From assembly GCA_963668645.2 (NCBI GenBank), contig CAXXWC010000021.1, forward strand, positions 448,001 through 512,000: a DNA stretch of 64,000 nt. Direction: 5' to 3'. Position 1 is the stretch's first letter. The number at the start of each line of letters is the position of its first letter. The position numbers and the translations under genes are program-made. This document shows, in pieces, positions 56,651-64,000 of this stretch. The stretch comes from Desulfobacterales bacterium. GTDB lineage: Bacteria > Desulfobacterota > Desulfobacteria > Desulfobacterales > UBA2174. The notes under the pieces were generated by a model. That model did not search any database, was not told the DNA's origin, and worked only from the letters and a program-made list of their open reading frames with translations.

Positions 56651-58942
56651 TCAATCCTTATAGTACTTATGATACTTCCCGTAGTAGTACCCATACCCAC
56701 CGTATCCGTAGCGGGCCTGCTGGCGCACGTTGACCATCGACAGGACGATCCCGTTGACGTCGATCTCCAGCTGCCGCATCTGGCGCAGGGCGGCCTTGAC
56801 GGTCTCACGGGGGGTCTCGGCCCAGCGCACCAGAAAGACCACCGCATCCATATGGCGAGCCAGCCCCCAGGCATCCGAGACGCCCATGAAGGGGGGCGTG
56901 TCGAGAATGATCAGATCGAAAACCTCTTTCAGTTTTTCCAGAATCTCGTGCATGCGCCGGGAGCCGAGCAGGTCACGCGCTGCCGAGGCATTGCCGTGGG
57001 CCATGAGCAGACAAAGGCCGCTTTGGGGGTCCTTGACGATGGCATCTTCGAGCTTGGCCTGGCCCTGGAGCACGTCTTCGAGCCTGGCCTGGGGTTTAAG
57101 ATCGGCAAAACGCTCGTGATGCACCGGGCGCCGGATGTCGGCGTCGATCACCAGGGTTTTGCCTCCTGCAGCGGCGGCCATACGCCCGGCCGACAGGCTG
57201 AACATCGATTTGCCCTCCTGCGGCAGGGATGATGTCACCATGATCGTCTTGGGCGGCCGGTCCACGTTGGAAAGCTGCAAAGCGGTCAGAAAAGCCCGCA
57301 GGGCCTCGGCCATCGACGAGTACGGTTTTTGGGCCACATAGGCCAGCGGCGTGCCCTGCCGGCGTCCCAGCAGAGGAAAGCTGCCCAGGATCGGCAGTCC
57401 GGTTTCGTGTTCAACCTGATCGCCGGTGCGGAACCCCCGGTCCAGGGTTTCGATCAGAAATGCCCCCATGACTCCCAGCACGAGCCCCACGGCCACCGCC
57501 AGCATTAGGGTCCGACCGGTTTTGGGAAAGGAGGGCCTCTTGGGTACCTCGGCTGCCGAGATGATCCGGGCATTGGGCCGCTGCAGGTCGTCCTTTTCAC
57601 GGATTTCCTGGAAGCGGGCCAGGTAGTTTTCGTACAAGGTTCTGGACGATTCGGCCTGGCGTTCGAGTTCGCGCATCTTAAGTTCGGCCTCCATGGCCTG
57701 GCCGGCCTCGGAGCGTAGCCGGTTCAGCGAAGCGGCCAGGGCCGTTTCCTCGGCCTGGGCCAGTCGCACCTCGTTTTCGATGGATTTGATGATGCGATTG
57801 GTCTCTTCCTTGATCTTGGCCTGCAAGTCGGCCGTCTCGGCGTCGATCTGGATCATCTGGGGGTGACGGGGGCCGTAGCGCTGGCCGAGTTCGACCTTCC
57901 TGCGGCGCAGCGTGCTTTCATCGGCGCGCAGCCGCCGGATGGGATCCGAATCGAGGACTTCGCCGAGGGTTTCCAAACCTCCGGGGCTTTCCATGATCTG
58001 CCGGGCCTGGGTCAGCCGGGTTTCGGCGGCGGATTTTTTTATCCGGGCCTGGATGAGCTGAGCGTTAACGTCGCCGATCTGCTGTTCGAGCAGGGTCCCG
58101 CCCCGGGCCTGAATCATCCCGCTTTGCTGGCGCACGTTTTTGACGGCCTCTTCGGCAGTCTGGACCTCCTGGCGCAGCCCCTCCAGGCGGTGGGTCAACC
58201 ATTGGTTGGCCCGCCGGGTGGCTTCGAACTTGGCCTCCAACTGGTCGTTGATGTACATCTCGGCCACGGTGTTGGCCACCGTTGCAGCGATACGCGGATC
58301 CGCAGATGTGTAAGTGATGGTGATGGTATGCGAGGCACGACGGTTTTCCACCTCCAGGTGCGCTGCCAGCCGGTCGACGATGGCGCGCTTGAGTTGCCGG
58401 ACCGCCGGTTGCGGGTCGGTCTGTTCGGCGCTCTCCGGCGTCGGTTCGGGCAGACCGCCGGCGGTCACGTAGCCGGCCGCCTGGGACCAGAGCCCTGCGG
58501 CCCAATTCTTAAGCTCGCCAAACAGACTCGGCTCTTGCTTCGGTCGCAGGGCCGGATTGAATTCCGCAGACCGGTCCAGTCGCAGACGGTCTGCCACCCT
58601 TTCGAGCAGCGCCACGGAACGGATGATGTCCACCTCGGTGCCGATCACGGCAGGATTCATGGCACCGCCGGTGAAGAACTCCTCCAGGTTCAGCAGCGAT
58701 GATTTGCGAAACTCGAGCACCATCAGCGCCTTACCGGTGTAACGGGGAACAGCCTGGGACAGGTGAAGCCAGGCGGCCACCATGACGAAAAGGAAAATGC
58801 CGGCAATCACCATCCGGCGACGATAGAGCTTTGAAAAAAGTTCCCGCAGATCCAGGGCTTCTTCGTCCCCCTCAGGGGGGGGAAACGACTGAAACTGCGG
58901 CTTATCGGCAATATGCGCTGAAGACACATTCTTGTCTTGCAT
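56651..58942 (-). CDS. wzc: Polysaccharide co-polymerase / BY-kinase (Wzc/GumC)
   Basis: Two TM helices with periplasmic coiled coils, SSLPQEGKS, VIDADIRRP, ILDTPP, Tyr-rich tail YGYGGYGYYYGKYHKYY. Confidence 0.92.
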   Translation of the reverse strand: MQDKNVSSAHIADKPQFQSFPPPEGDEEALDLRELFSKLYRRRMVIAGIFLFVMVAAWLHLSQAVPRYTGKALMVLEFRKSSLLNLEEFFTGGAMNPAVIGTEVDIIRSVALLERVADRLRLDRSAEFNPALRPKQEPSLFGELKNWAAGLWSQAAGYVTAGGLPEPTPESAEQTDPQPAVRQLKRAIVDRLAAHLEVENRRASHTITITYTSADPRIAATVANTVAEMYINDQLEAKFEATRRANQWLTHRLEGLRQEVQTAEEAVKNVRQQSGMIQARGGTLLEQQIGDVNAQLIQARIKKSAAETRLTQARQIMESPGGLETLGEVLDSDPIRRLRADESTLRRRKVELGQRYGPRHPQMIQIDAETADLQAKIKEETNRIIKSIENEVRLAQAEETALAASLNRLRSEAGQAMEAELKMRELERQAESSRTLYENYLARFQEIREKDDLQRPNARIISAAEVPKRPSFPKTGRTLMLAVAVGLVLGVMGAFLIETLDRGFRTGDQVEHETGLPILGSFPLLGRRQGTPLAYVAQKPYSSMAEALRAFLTALQLSNVDRPPKTIMVTSSLPQEGKSMFSLSAGRMAAAAGGKTLVIDADIRRPVHHERFADLKPQARLEDVLQGQAKLEDAIVKDPQSGLCLLMAHGNASAARDLLGSRRMHEILEKLKEVFDLIILDTPPFMGVSDAWGLARHMDAVVFLVRWAETPRETVKAALRQMRQLEIDVNGIVLSMVNVRQQARYGYGGYGYYYGKYHKYYKD

Positions 58943-58994
58943 GGATAGTAATCTACCACCGTTTGGAGGTTGCAGGTAAAGGAGGGGCTCGAAA

Positions 58995-59555
58995 TCAGAA
59001 AAATCGCTCGGGGATGGTGATTACGTCTCCGGGCAGGATCAGGGTGGAATGATCGGCCGTATCGATCACGGCGCCGGATCCGCCGCGGGCGATCTCGGCC
59101 CGGTTCTGCCGCGCCCGGTAAGTGTATCCACCGGCCATGGCTACGGCATTGTGCAGGGTGATGCCGCTGACGTATTCGTACTGGCCGGGACTCTTGACCT
59201 CTCCGAGGATGTAAAAGGGCCGGTAGTTGAGTACTTCAAGACTGATGCGCGGATCCACCAGGTAGCCGTCGTGGAGCTTGGCCACCAGGTTCTGCTCCAA
59301 TTGGCGCAGGGTCAGCCCCCGGACCGGCACCTCTCCGATGAGCGGAAAGGAGATATATCCGGATCCATCTACCTGAAACTCCCCGGAAAGGTCATCTTCA
59401 TTGAAAACCGTGATCTTCAGCCGGTCCCCGGAGCCGAGGGTGTAGAGGGTTTCCAGGGCCTGGACGGAATGGTCTTTTTCCTGGGCTACAGCCGGACAAG
59501 CTTCCAGAAAAACCAGCAGCGCCGCGCTGACCCAAATATACAAGGCATAACGCAT
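58995..59555 (-). CDS. wza: Short OPX polysaccharide export protein (Poly_export + SLBB)
   Basis: YTLGSGDRL, ISFPLIG, FYILGEVKSPGQY, AVAMAGG, PGDVITIPERFF; only 186 aa. Confidence 0.88.
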   Translation of the reverse strand: MRYALYIWVSAALLVFLEACPAVAQEKDHSVQALETLYTLGSGDRLKITVFNEDDLSGEFQVDGSGYISFPLIGEVPVRGLTLRQLEQNLVAKLHDGYLVDPRISLEVLNYRPFYILGEVKSPGQYEYVSGITLHNAVAMAGGYTYRARQNRAEIARGGSGAVIDTADHSTLILPGDVITIPERFF

Positions 59556-59612
59556 GTCGGTTTAAATCATCCTTTGGGTTTGATTCGAATTTGCTGTTTC
59601 CGTCTTGCTGTT

Positions 59613-59644
59613 CTCCGCGTCCCCGCGTCTCCGCGTCTCCGCGC
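59613..59644. repeat. Octamer tandem repeat, four copies of C(T/C)CCGCG(T/C)
   Basis: CTCCGCGT CCCCGCGT CTCCGCGT CTCCGCGC between the beta-barrel gene and wza. Confidence 0.75.
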
Positions 59645-59688
59645 GAGGCCCCGAGTCGCAGTTGAAAACAGCTCCCACCCCGCTGTTC

Positions 59689-60891
59689 TCAAAACGCCCC
59701 TGTGACCGAAAAACCAAAGACGTTCTCATCGTATTCGCGATTCGAGCGGTTGCTGTCTTTGCTCCGGTAGCGGTATTCGACCCTGGCACTGAGATTGCGG
59801 TTCCACAGGTACGTGACACTGGGCCCCAAAGCGGTGTAGCTGTCGGTGATATCCTGGCCATCATAATCATCGCGCTCGTAGTCGATAAAGGCGCCCACCC
59901 GCAGGTTGGGCAGCAGTTCGTGATCGATGCTCATCCCAGCCTCGTCTGCATCGATGCCCGATGCCCCGGCCAGGGTGGTTTCCTTGATCGAACTTTGGGC
60001 GCTGGCTTCGACCGTGGTCAACCGCGTCGGTTTCCACGACAGGGACATTCCGTACCAAAATCCTGAGGTATCGTCAAATTGATCGTATTCCTGGCACATG
60101 TACCCGCCGAAGATCTCCCCCGAGGTCACCTCGCTGATGCGAAAGCCGGTGCCCAGAGCAATGCGGTAGCCTTCGGAATCGCGCCGGGCCTCGCTACGGT
60201 CGTAACGCCGCCATTCATAGTGGGTGGCTACAAAGGGCTGGACCTCGGGCAGCAGTTCATAAGCCACGCGGGCGTTGATATCATACAGATTGCGGTCGCG
60301 GATATCCAGGTTCTGGGCCCCCCCCCCGCGAAGATCCACGCTGGTGTAATTCAGGTTCTGGAAATTGACCCCGGCTTTGACCGACAAACGATTCAATCCC
60401 TGGTAGTATTCCAGCCCCGTCGTACTGCGGTAGTAAACCGCCGGTTCGTCCCAGGCCGCCACCACGTCAGGGGCGCCACGCTCTTCGTGCAGCCGTTCGA
60501 ACCCGGCACTGGCCCTTAGGTAGGATTCGCGGAGAACGTCGATGCGGCCGTCCGCCAAAACATGGGCGTCGATGTAGTCCTCGCCGCTGTTATCGCCATA
60601 AAACCCCGCAGTCAGCCCGGTGTTCAGGTGCAATTCATGCCGTGACCAGTCGGACTTGACATCCACCGCCGGTGTAATGGTGGTGATCCAGTCGGACTCT
60701 TCGTTGTTTTCCGTAGCGTAAATGTTGTCGTTATACACGGCTCCCAGCGTCAGGGAAGGGCGAACGGTAAAGGCCCCGGCCCGAATTCCCAGCGGCTCGT
60801 AAAGCGGATCCGCCCATGCCGGGCCGCCCATCGCCAGCACGCAAAGCGCCGCGCATAATATCCATCGCCCGATTGTCGTCGAAATTTTCAT
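59689..60891 (-). CDS. Outer-membrane beta-barrel protein of the EPS export locus (BBP2/DUF2320-like)
   Basis: Signal peptide, GIRAGAF..YNDNIY, alternating aromatic strands, terminal Phe. Confidence 0.85.
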   Translation of the reverse strand: MKISTTIGRWILCAALCVLAMGGPAWADPLYEPLGIRAGAFTVRPSLTLGAVYNDNIYATENNEESDWITTITPAVDVKSDWSRHELHLNTGLTAGFYGDNSGEDYIDAHVLADGRIDVLRESYLRASAGFERLHEERGAPDVVAAWDEPAVYYRSTTGLEYYQGLNRLSVKAGVNFQNLNYTSVDLRGGGAQNLDIRDRNLYDINARVAYELLPEVQPFVATHYEWRRYDRSEARRDSEGYRIALGTGFRISEVTSGEIFGGYMCQEYDQFDDTSGFWYGMSLSWKPTRLTTVEASAQSSIKETTLAGASGIDADEAGMSIDHELLPNLRVGAFIDYERDDYDGQDITDSYTALGPSVTYLWNRNLSARVEYRYRSKDSNRSNREYDENVFGFSVTGAF

Positions 60892-60967
60892 CTTGTGTCT
60901 CTCCCCATTCTGGTTTGAAAACTTGAATCGGCTCCGGCTGTCGCAACAGTTCCGGAGCTAAAATATT

Positions 60968-61480
60968 TCAGGGTTTCCTCGGACTGAGAGGTGCATCATC
61001 CCTGCTCTTGGTAGGAGACCATTCGGTTTGGGCCGATCCGGTGGCCGTGTTGCCGATTTCGCTGTTGGTCGCTTGAGCGTAAGCCTTCTGAGCGGCCCTT
61101 TCGATGCTTTGATGCCGTTCTGGGGGGGTTACGGCTTTGGCCGCGTCAACGATGGCATCCCTGGCGTCCGGCAGAACCCTGACCGCGGCATAGACGATGA
61201 CCTCGGCCTTGGCCGGAATCGTGCGGCAAAAGTAGGAAACGATGGAAGCCGCAGCATCCGGTCGAGCCAATACAGCCTGGGAGACGACGTCATCGAGCTG
61301 GTCGTCGGTCGCTTCGGTCAGGGAACCGCCTGGTGGCAGAAACCGGGCCACCAAGGCTGCGATCTGAACGTCGCTCAAGGTGGTTTCCTGGGCTTGAACC
61401 GGCATGCTAAGGAAAATGCCGGACACGACCACCAGGGCCACCCAGACAATGGGCCGAAATTTGGTAAAATAATAGCGCAT
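60968..61480 (-). CDS. Hypothetical secreted Ala-rich helical protein
   Basis: AGGA RBS, signal peptide (VQA-QE), PDAAASIV/PAKAEVIV/PDARDAIV repeats. Confidence 0.7.
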   Translation of the reverse strand: MRYYFTKFRPIVWVALVVVSGIFLSMPVQAQETTLSDVQIAALVARFLPPGGSLTEATDDQLDDVVSQAVLARPDAAASIVSYFCRTIPAKAEVIVYAAVRVLPDARDAIVDAAKAVTPPERHQSIERAAQKAYAQATNSEIGNTATGSAQTEWSPTKSRDDAPLSPRKP

Positions 61481-61641
61481 CGATTCTTTCCTCCTTTTTT
61501 GGGCGTTAAGTCGCATCGTAGTCGAGCAGGCTAAAATATAGGAAATCTTGACCGGCCTATGCGAAGCTTCGCTGTTTGCGCCAAGCCAACCGTTCGGCGG
61601 CTGCCGGTCTGCCCCGGCCATCAGCGGTAAATATTTCGGAA

Positions 61642-61711
61642 TTTATTAGTAACTTAATCTATTTATTTTATTAGTATTCTAATAGTTATCGTTTCAACGA
61701 TAATCTGTCAA
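61642..61711 (-). promoter_or_regulatory. Internal AT-rich control region: operator palindrome and direct repeats
   Basis: Minus-strand TTGACA at 61706-61711; TTATCGTT-TC-AACGATAA (61686-61703); TTTATTAGTA twice (61642, 61667). Confidence 0.5.
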
Positions 61712-61744
61712 GACTAATGAAAAAGGTTGCCGTCCTCCGGCATT

Positions 61745-63094
61745 TCACTCCGCCGAACTCCACCCCTGCGCCACCCCTACGCCCAACAGAACGGCAAAAT
61801 TCACGGCCACCGCAGGGATCTGCAGGCTGAAATCCACCAGGGCGTGCAACCCTACCAGAAAAGCGGCGCAAAAACCCACCGCCGGATAGATGTGGTCGCG
61901 CCAGCGCCGGAAAAAGCCGGCCAGACAACGAAGGGAAAGCCCGGCCAGCACGGCGAACCAGACCGCGGCAGCCGGTAGTCCCAGCTCGAACATCATTTCC
62001 AGCCAGTCGTTGTGGGCCTTGACGGTGTTCACGGTGCGCTCGTCAGCAAAGAGGGGAAAGGTCTGTTCGTAACTGCCCAACCCGTAGCCGGTCCAGGGCG
62101 ATTGTTCGATGGCCTGCCAGGTTTGCGCGTAGACCTGCAAACGGCCCTCGCGCTCAAGGTCTGTTGCGATCAGCCGTGCCAGCCAGCCCCCACCGCTGGT
62201 CAAAAAAACCCACAAGACCACAGCCAGCAGCGCCACCGTCACTATTCGCCATAGACGCCCCGCCATGCGGGTCAAAAGCCCCAAAAAGACCATCAGCACC
62301 AGCAGCGCCACCAGCCCGACAGTAACTCCGGCCCGGGAATGGGAAAGAAACAGGGCCGTGACCAGAATCAGGATGCAGGCCAGCAGAGGGGCGCCGCGCA
62401 CGAAAATCTGCTGCCAGATGTGCAGCAGCCGGTCCCGGCCCACCCGCCCTGGTCCCAGGGCGTTGACGAATCCTTCTATATAAAGCCCGGCCGCGCACAG
62501 CAGCCCCAGGCCCAGGTAGGTGGCAAAGTTGTTGCGGTTGATAAAAGTGCCACTGACATTACGCGATGCGCCAGGGCGTTCAACCCACAGCACGGCGTCA
62601 AAACCGCCAAAGTAGGACACCAGCCCGTAAACCGCATAACCGGTCGTCGCCAAGCTCAGGATCCAGAAGACTTTTTTGGCACGGCGCCGGTCTCGGCCAA
62701 GCTGGAGGGCCAGGTAAAAGACCGCCGCATAGGTGAACAGGTGCACCAGGCTTTCGAACCCGGCCCCAGGAGCCAGGCTGATGCTGCCGTAAAGCGTCTC
62801 TCCAAGGACCGCCCCGGCCTCGGCCCACAGGGGATGGTGCCAGCTTTGGGGAGTCCAGGGGTTGATCTGTACCAGACCCCATGCCATCACCAGGATGAAT
62901 CCAACCGTCTCGGGCCAGATGCGCCCCAGGCTGAGAGCCGGGCCGCCGGCCCGCCTGAAGCGACACACGCCGTAGACTGCCGCCAGGCAGAGCACCATAC
63001 AGGCAAACAGCGCCTGGTAGAGATCGTAGACCATGCCGAAGGGCAAGGGGGCAAGGACGATCAAGACGATGAAGATGTAAAAAATGAGGTTCAT
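61745..63094 (-). CDS. O-antigen ligase / Wzy_C family membrane protein
   Basis: GTFINRNNFA, LSHSRAG, PWTGYGLGSY, AHNDWLEMMFELG, HALVDFSLQIPA. Confidence 0.88.
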   Translation of the reverse strand: MNLIFYIFIVLIVLAPLPFGMVYDLYQALFACMVLCLAAVYGVCRFRRAGGPALSLGRIWPETVGFILVMAWGLVQINPWTPQSWHHPLWAEAGAVLGETLYGSISLAPGAGFESLVHLFTYAAVFYLALQLGRDRRRAKKVFWILSLATTGYAVYGLVSYFGGFDAVLWVERPGASRNVSGTFINRNNFATYLGLGLLCAAGLYIEGFVNALGPGRVGRDRLLHIWQQIFVRGAPLLACILILVTALFLSHSRAGVTVGLVALLVLMVFLGLLTRMAGRLWRIVTVALLAVVLWVFLTSGGGWLARLIATDLEREGRLQVYAQTWQAIEQSPWTGYGLGSYEQTFPLFADERTVNTVKAHNDWLEMMFELGLPAAAVWFAVLAGLSLRCLAGFFRRWRDHIYPAVGFCAAFLVGLHALVDFSLQIPAVAVNFAVLLGVGVAQGWSSAE

Positions 63095-63139
63095 CGATCA
63101 GATCGGAAAAGACGGAAGGCGGAGGTCCTCCGTCCTCTT

Positions 63140-64000
63140 TCACTCCCTTTTTCCAAGAATCTCATCCAGGGTCGCCACCATGTTACGCCTCAGGTGCTCG
63201 ACGCGTTTGAGCGTGTAATCGGACGCTCCGTTTTGGCCGCCGTTCTTCAGCAGCACCAGAATACCCAGATCTTGCACCTCACCGCTGTTCAAGGCCATCT
63301 CGATACGCAGTTGAAACCGATGTCGAGGATCGTTGAGCGGGCTGCGCATCCAGACAAAATCGGGCACCTCCAGTCGATTGCAGACACTGGATTGCAGCGC
63401 GAGGGCCTCCCGTCGATCCGCCTCTCCTTCTTCACGCTCCATCTGCCGGAACGACTTGTCCTTGCAAGTTGTCAGGGCGCATCCGAAGGTGAAGCCTGAA
63501 TCTTCGGCCTCTTCCCTCCGCCCCCCGGTATCCTGCATCTGACACCCGGAATCTTGCCGTTTCTTATTCAAATACATCGCCGCCATGTCGAATTCGAGCA
63601 CTTCCAGGGCACACACCGTGCACCGCCACAACTCGTTCAAGTCGGTCGCCTCGTTGATCTGCATCTGTTCATAAAGGAAGCTGCGCCGCTCGTGGGACAG
63701 ACCGGCGTCGTCGCCCAGCTCCCGGACCCAGGAAATCAAACGGCTGCTCTTCATGTATTTCATGTACCCCAGGCGACGTATGCCCAGAATTGCAGCCAGG
63801 GCGACAACCCCCAAAATCAGAGCGGCCCGCTCGTCTCGCAGGTTCACCAACATCAAGGCCGCGGCACCGCAGCAGATGGTGACCCCGTAAAGCACCAGCA
63901 CAGCCTTGCGGTGCGAATAGCCCAGCTTGATCAGCCGGTGGTGAAAATGATCACGGTCCGGTTGGAAGATGCGCCGGCCCAACAGGAAACGCCGTATCGT
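63140..64000 (-). CDS. wecA: MraY/WecA-family (GT4) undecaprenyl-phosphate GlcNAc-1-P transferase, C-terminal part with cytoplasmic extension; 5' end lies outside the window
   Basis: IRRFLLGRRIFQPDRDHFHHRLIKLGYSHRKAVLVLY signature; frame open to 64000. Confidence 0.8.
   Translation of the reverse strand, partial: TIRRFLLGRRIFQPDRDHFHHRLIKLGYSHRKAVLVLYGVTICCGAAALMLVNLRDERAALILGVVALAAILGIRRLGYMKYMKSSRLISWVRELGDDAGLSHERRSFLYEQMQINEATDLNELWRCTVCALEVLEFDMAAMYLNKKRQDSGCQMQDTGGRREEAEDSGFTFGCALTTCKDKSFRQMEREEGEADRREALALQSSVCNRLEVPDFVWMRSPLNDPRHRFQLRIEMALNSGEVQDLGILVLLKNGGQNGASDYTLKRVEHLRRNMVATLDEILGKRE

Overview
GC-rich bacterial chromosome segment; the gene content (sigma54 two-component systems with a TSUP exporter, DUF4911-miaB, PAS-LuxR, AbfD) points to an anaerobic Desulfobacterota/Desulfobacterales-type organism (inference). 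It has five parts. (1) 1-16.7 kb is a sigma54 signalling island: a PanP-like PLP decarboxylase, three extracellular-sensor histidine kinases, an NtrC-type activator, two CBS-containing proteins, a TSUP exporter, an MFS transporter and a GNAT-acetyltransferase/HDAC-deacetylase fusion, with three -24/-12 promoters, two of which share a 19-bp upstream motif. (2) 16.8-23 kb holds a membrane-anchored EHD-like dynamin NTPase, divergent from an NMT1-type ABC transporter / poly-gamma-glutamate-hydrolase-GNAT fusion / PflX operon. (3) 23-34.6 kb is housekeeping (miaB, recJ, RNase Z-like, tex, dtd, dacB). (4) 34.9-51.4 kb is a catabolic locus downstream of a PAS-LuxR regulator, combining a TRAP transporter, a CoA-transferase, both a 2-hydroxyacyl-CoA dehydratase with activator and 4-hydroxybutyryl-CoA dehydratase, and a beta-oxidation module without acyl-CoA dehydrogenase. 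(5) 51.9-64 kb carries an intact IS1634 inserted in the terminal IR of an IS66 remnant, then a Wzc / short-Wza / beta-barrel exopolysaccharide locus interrupted by a toxin-antitoxin pair and dotted with heptamer/octamer repeats and homopolymer tracts. No rRNA, tRNA or CRISPR array was seen. All family assignments come from motif recognition by eye, not database searches.
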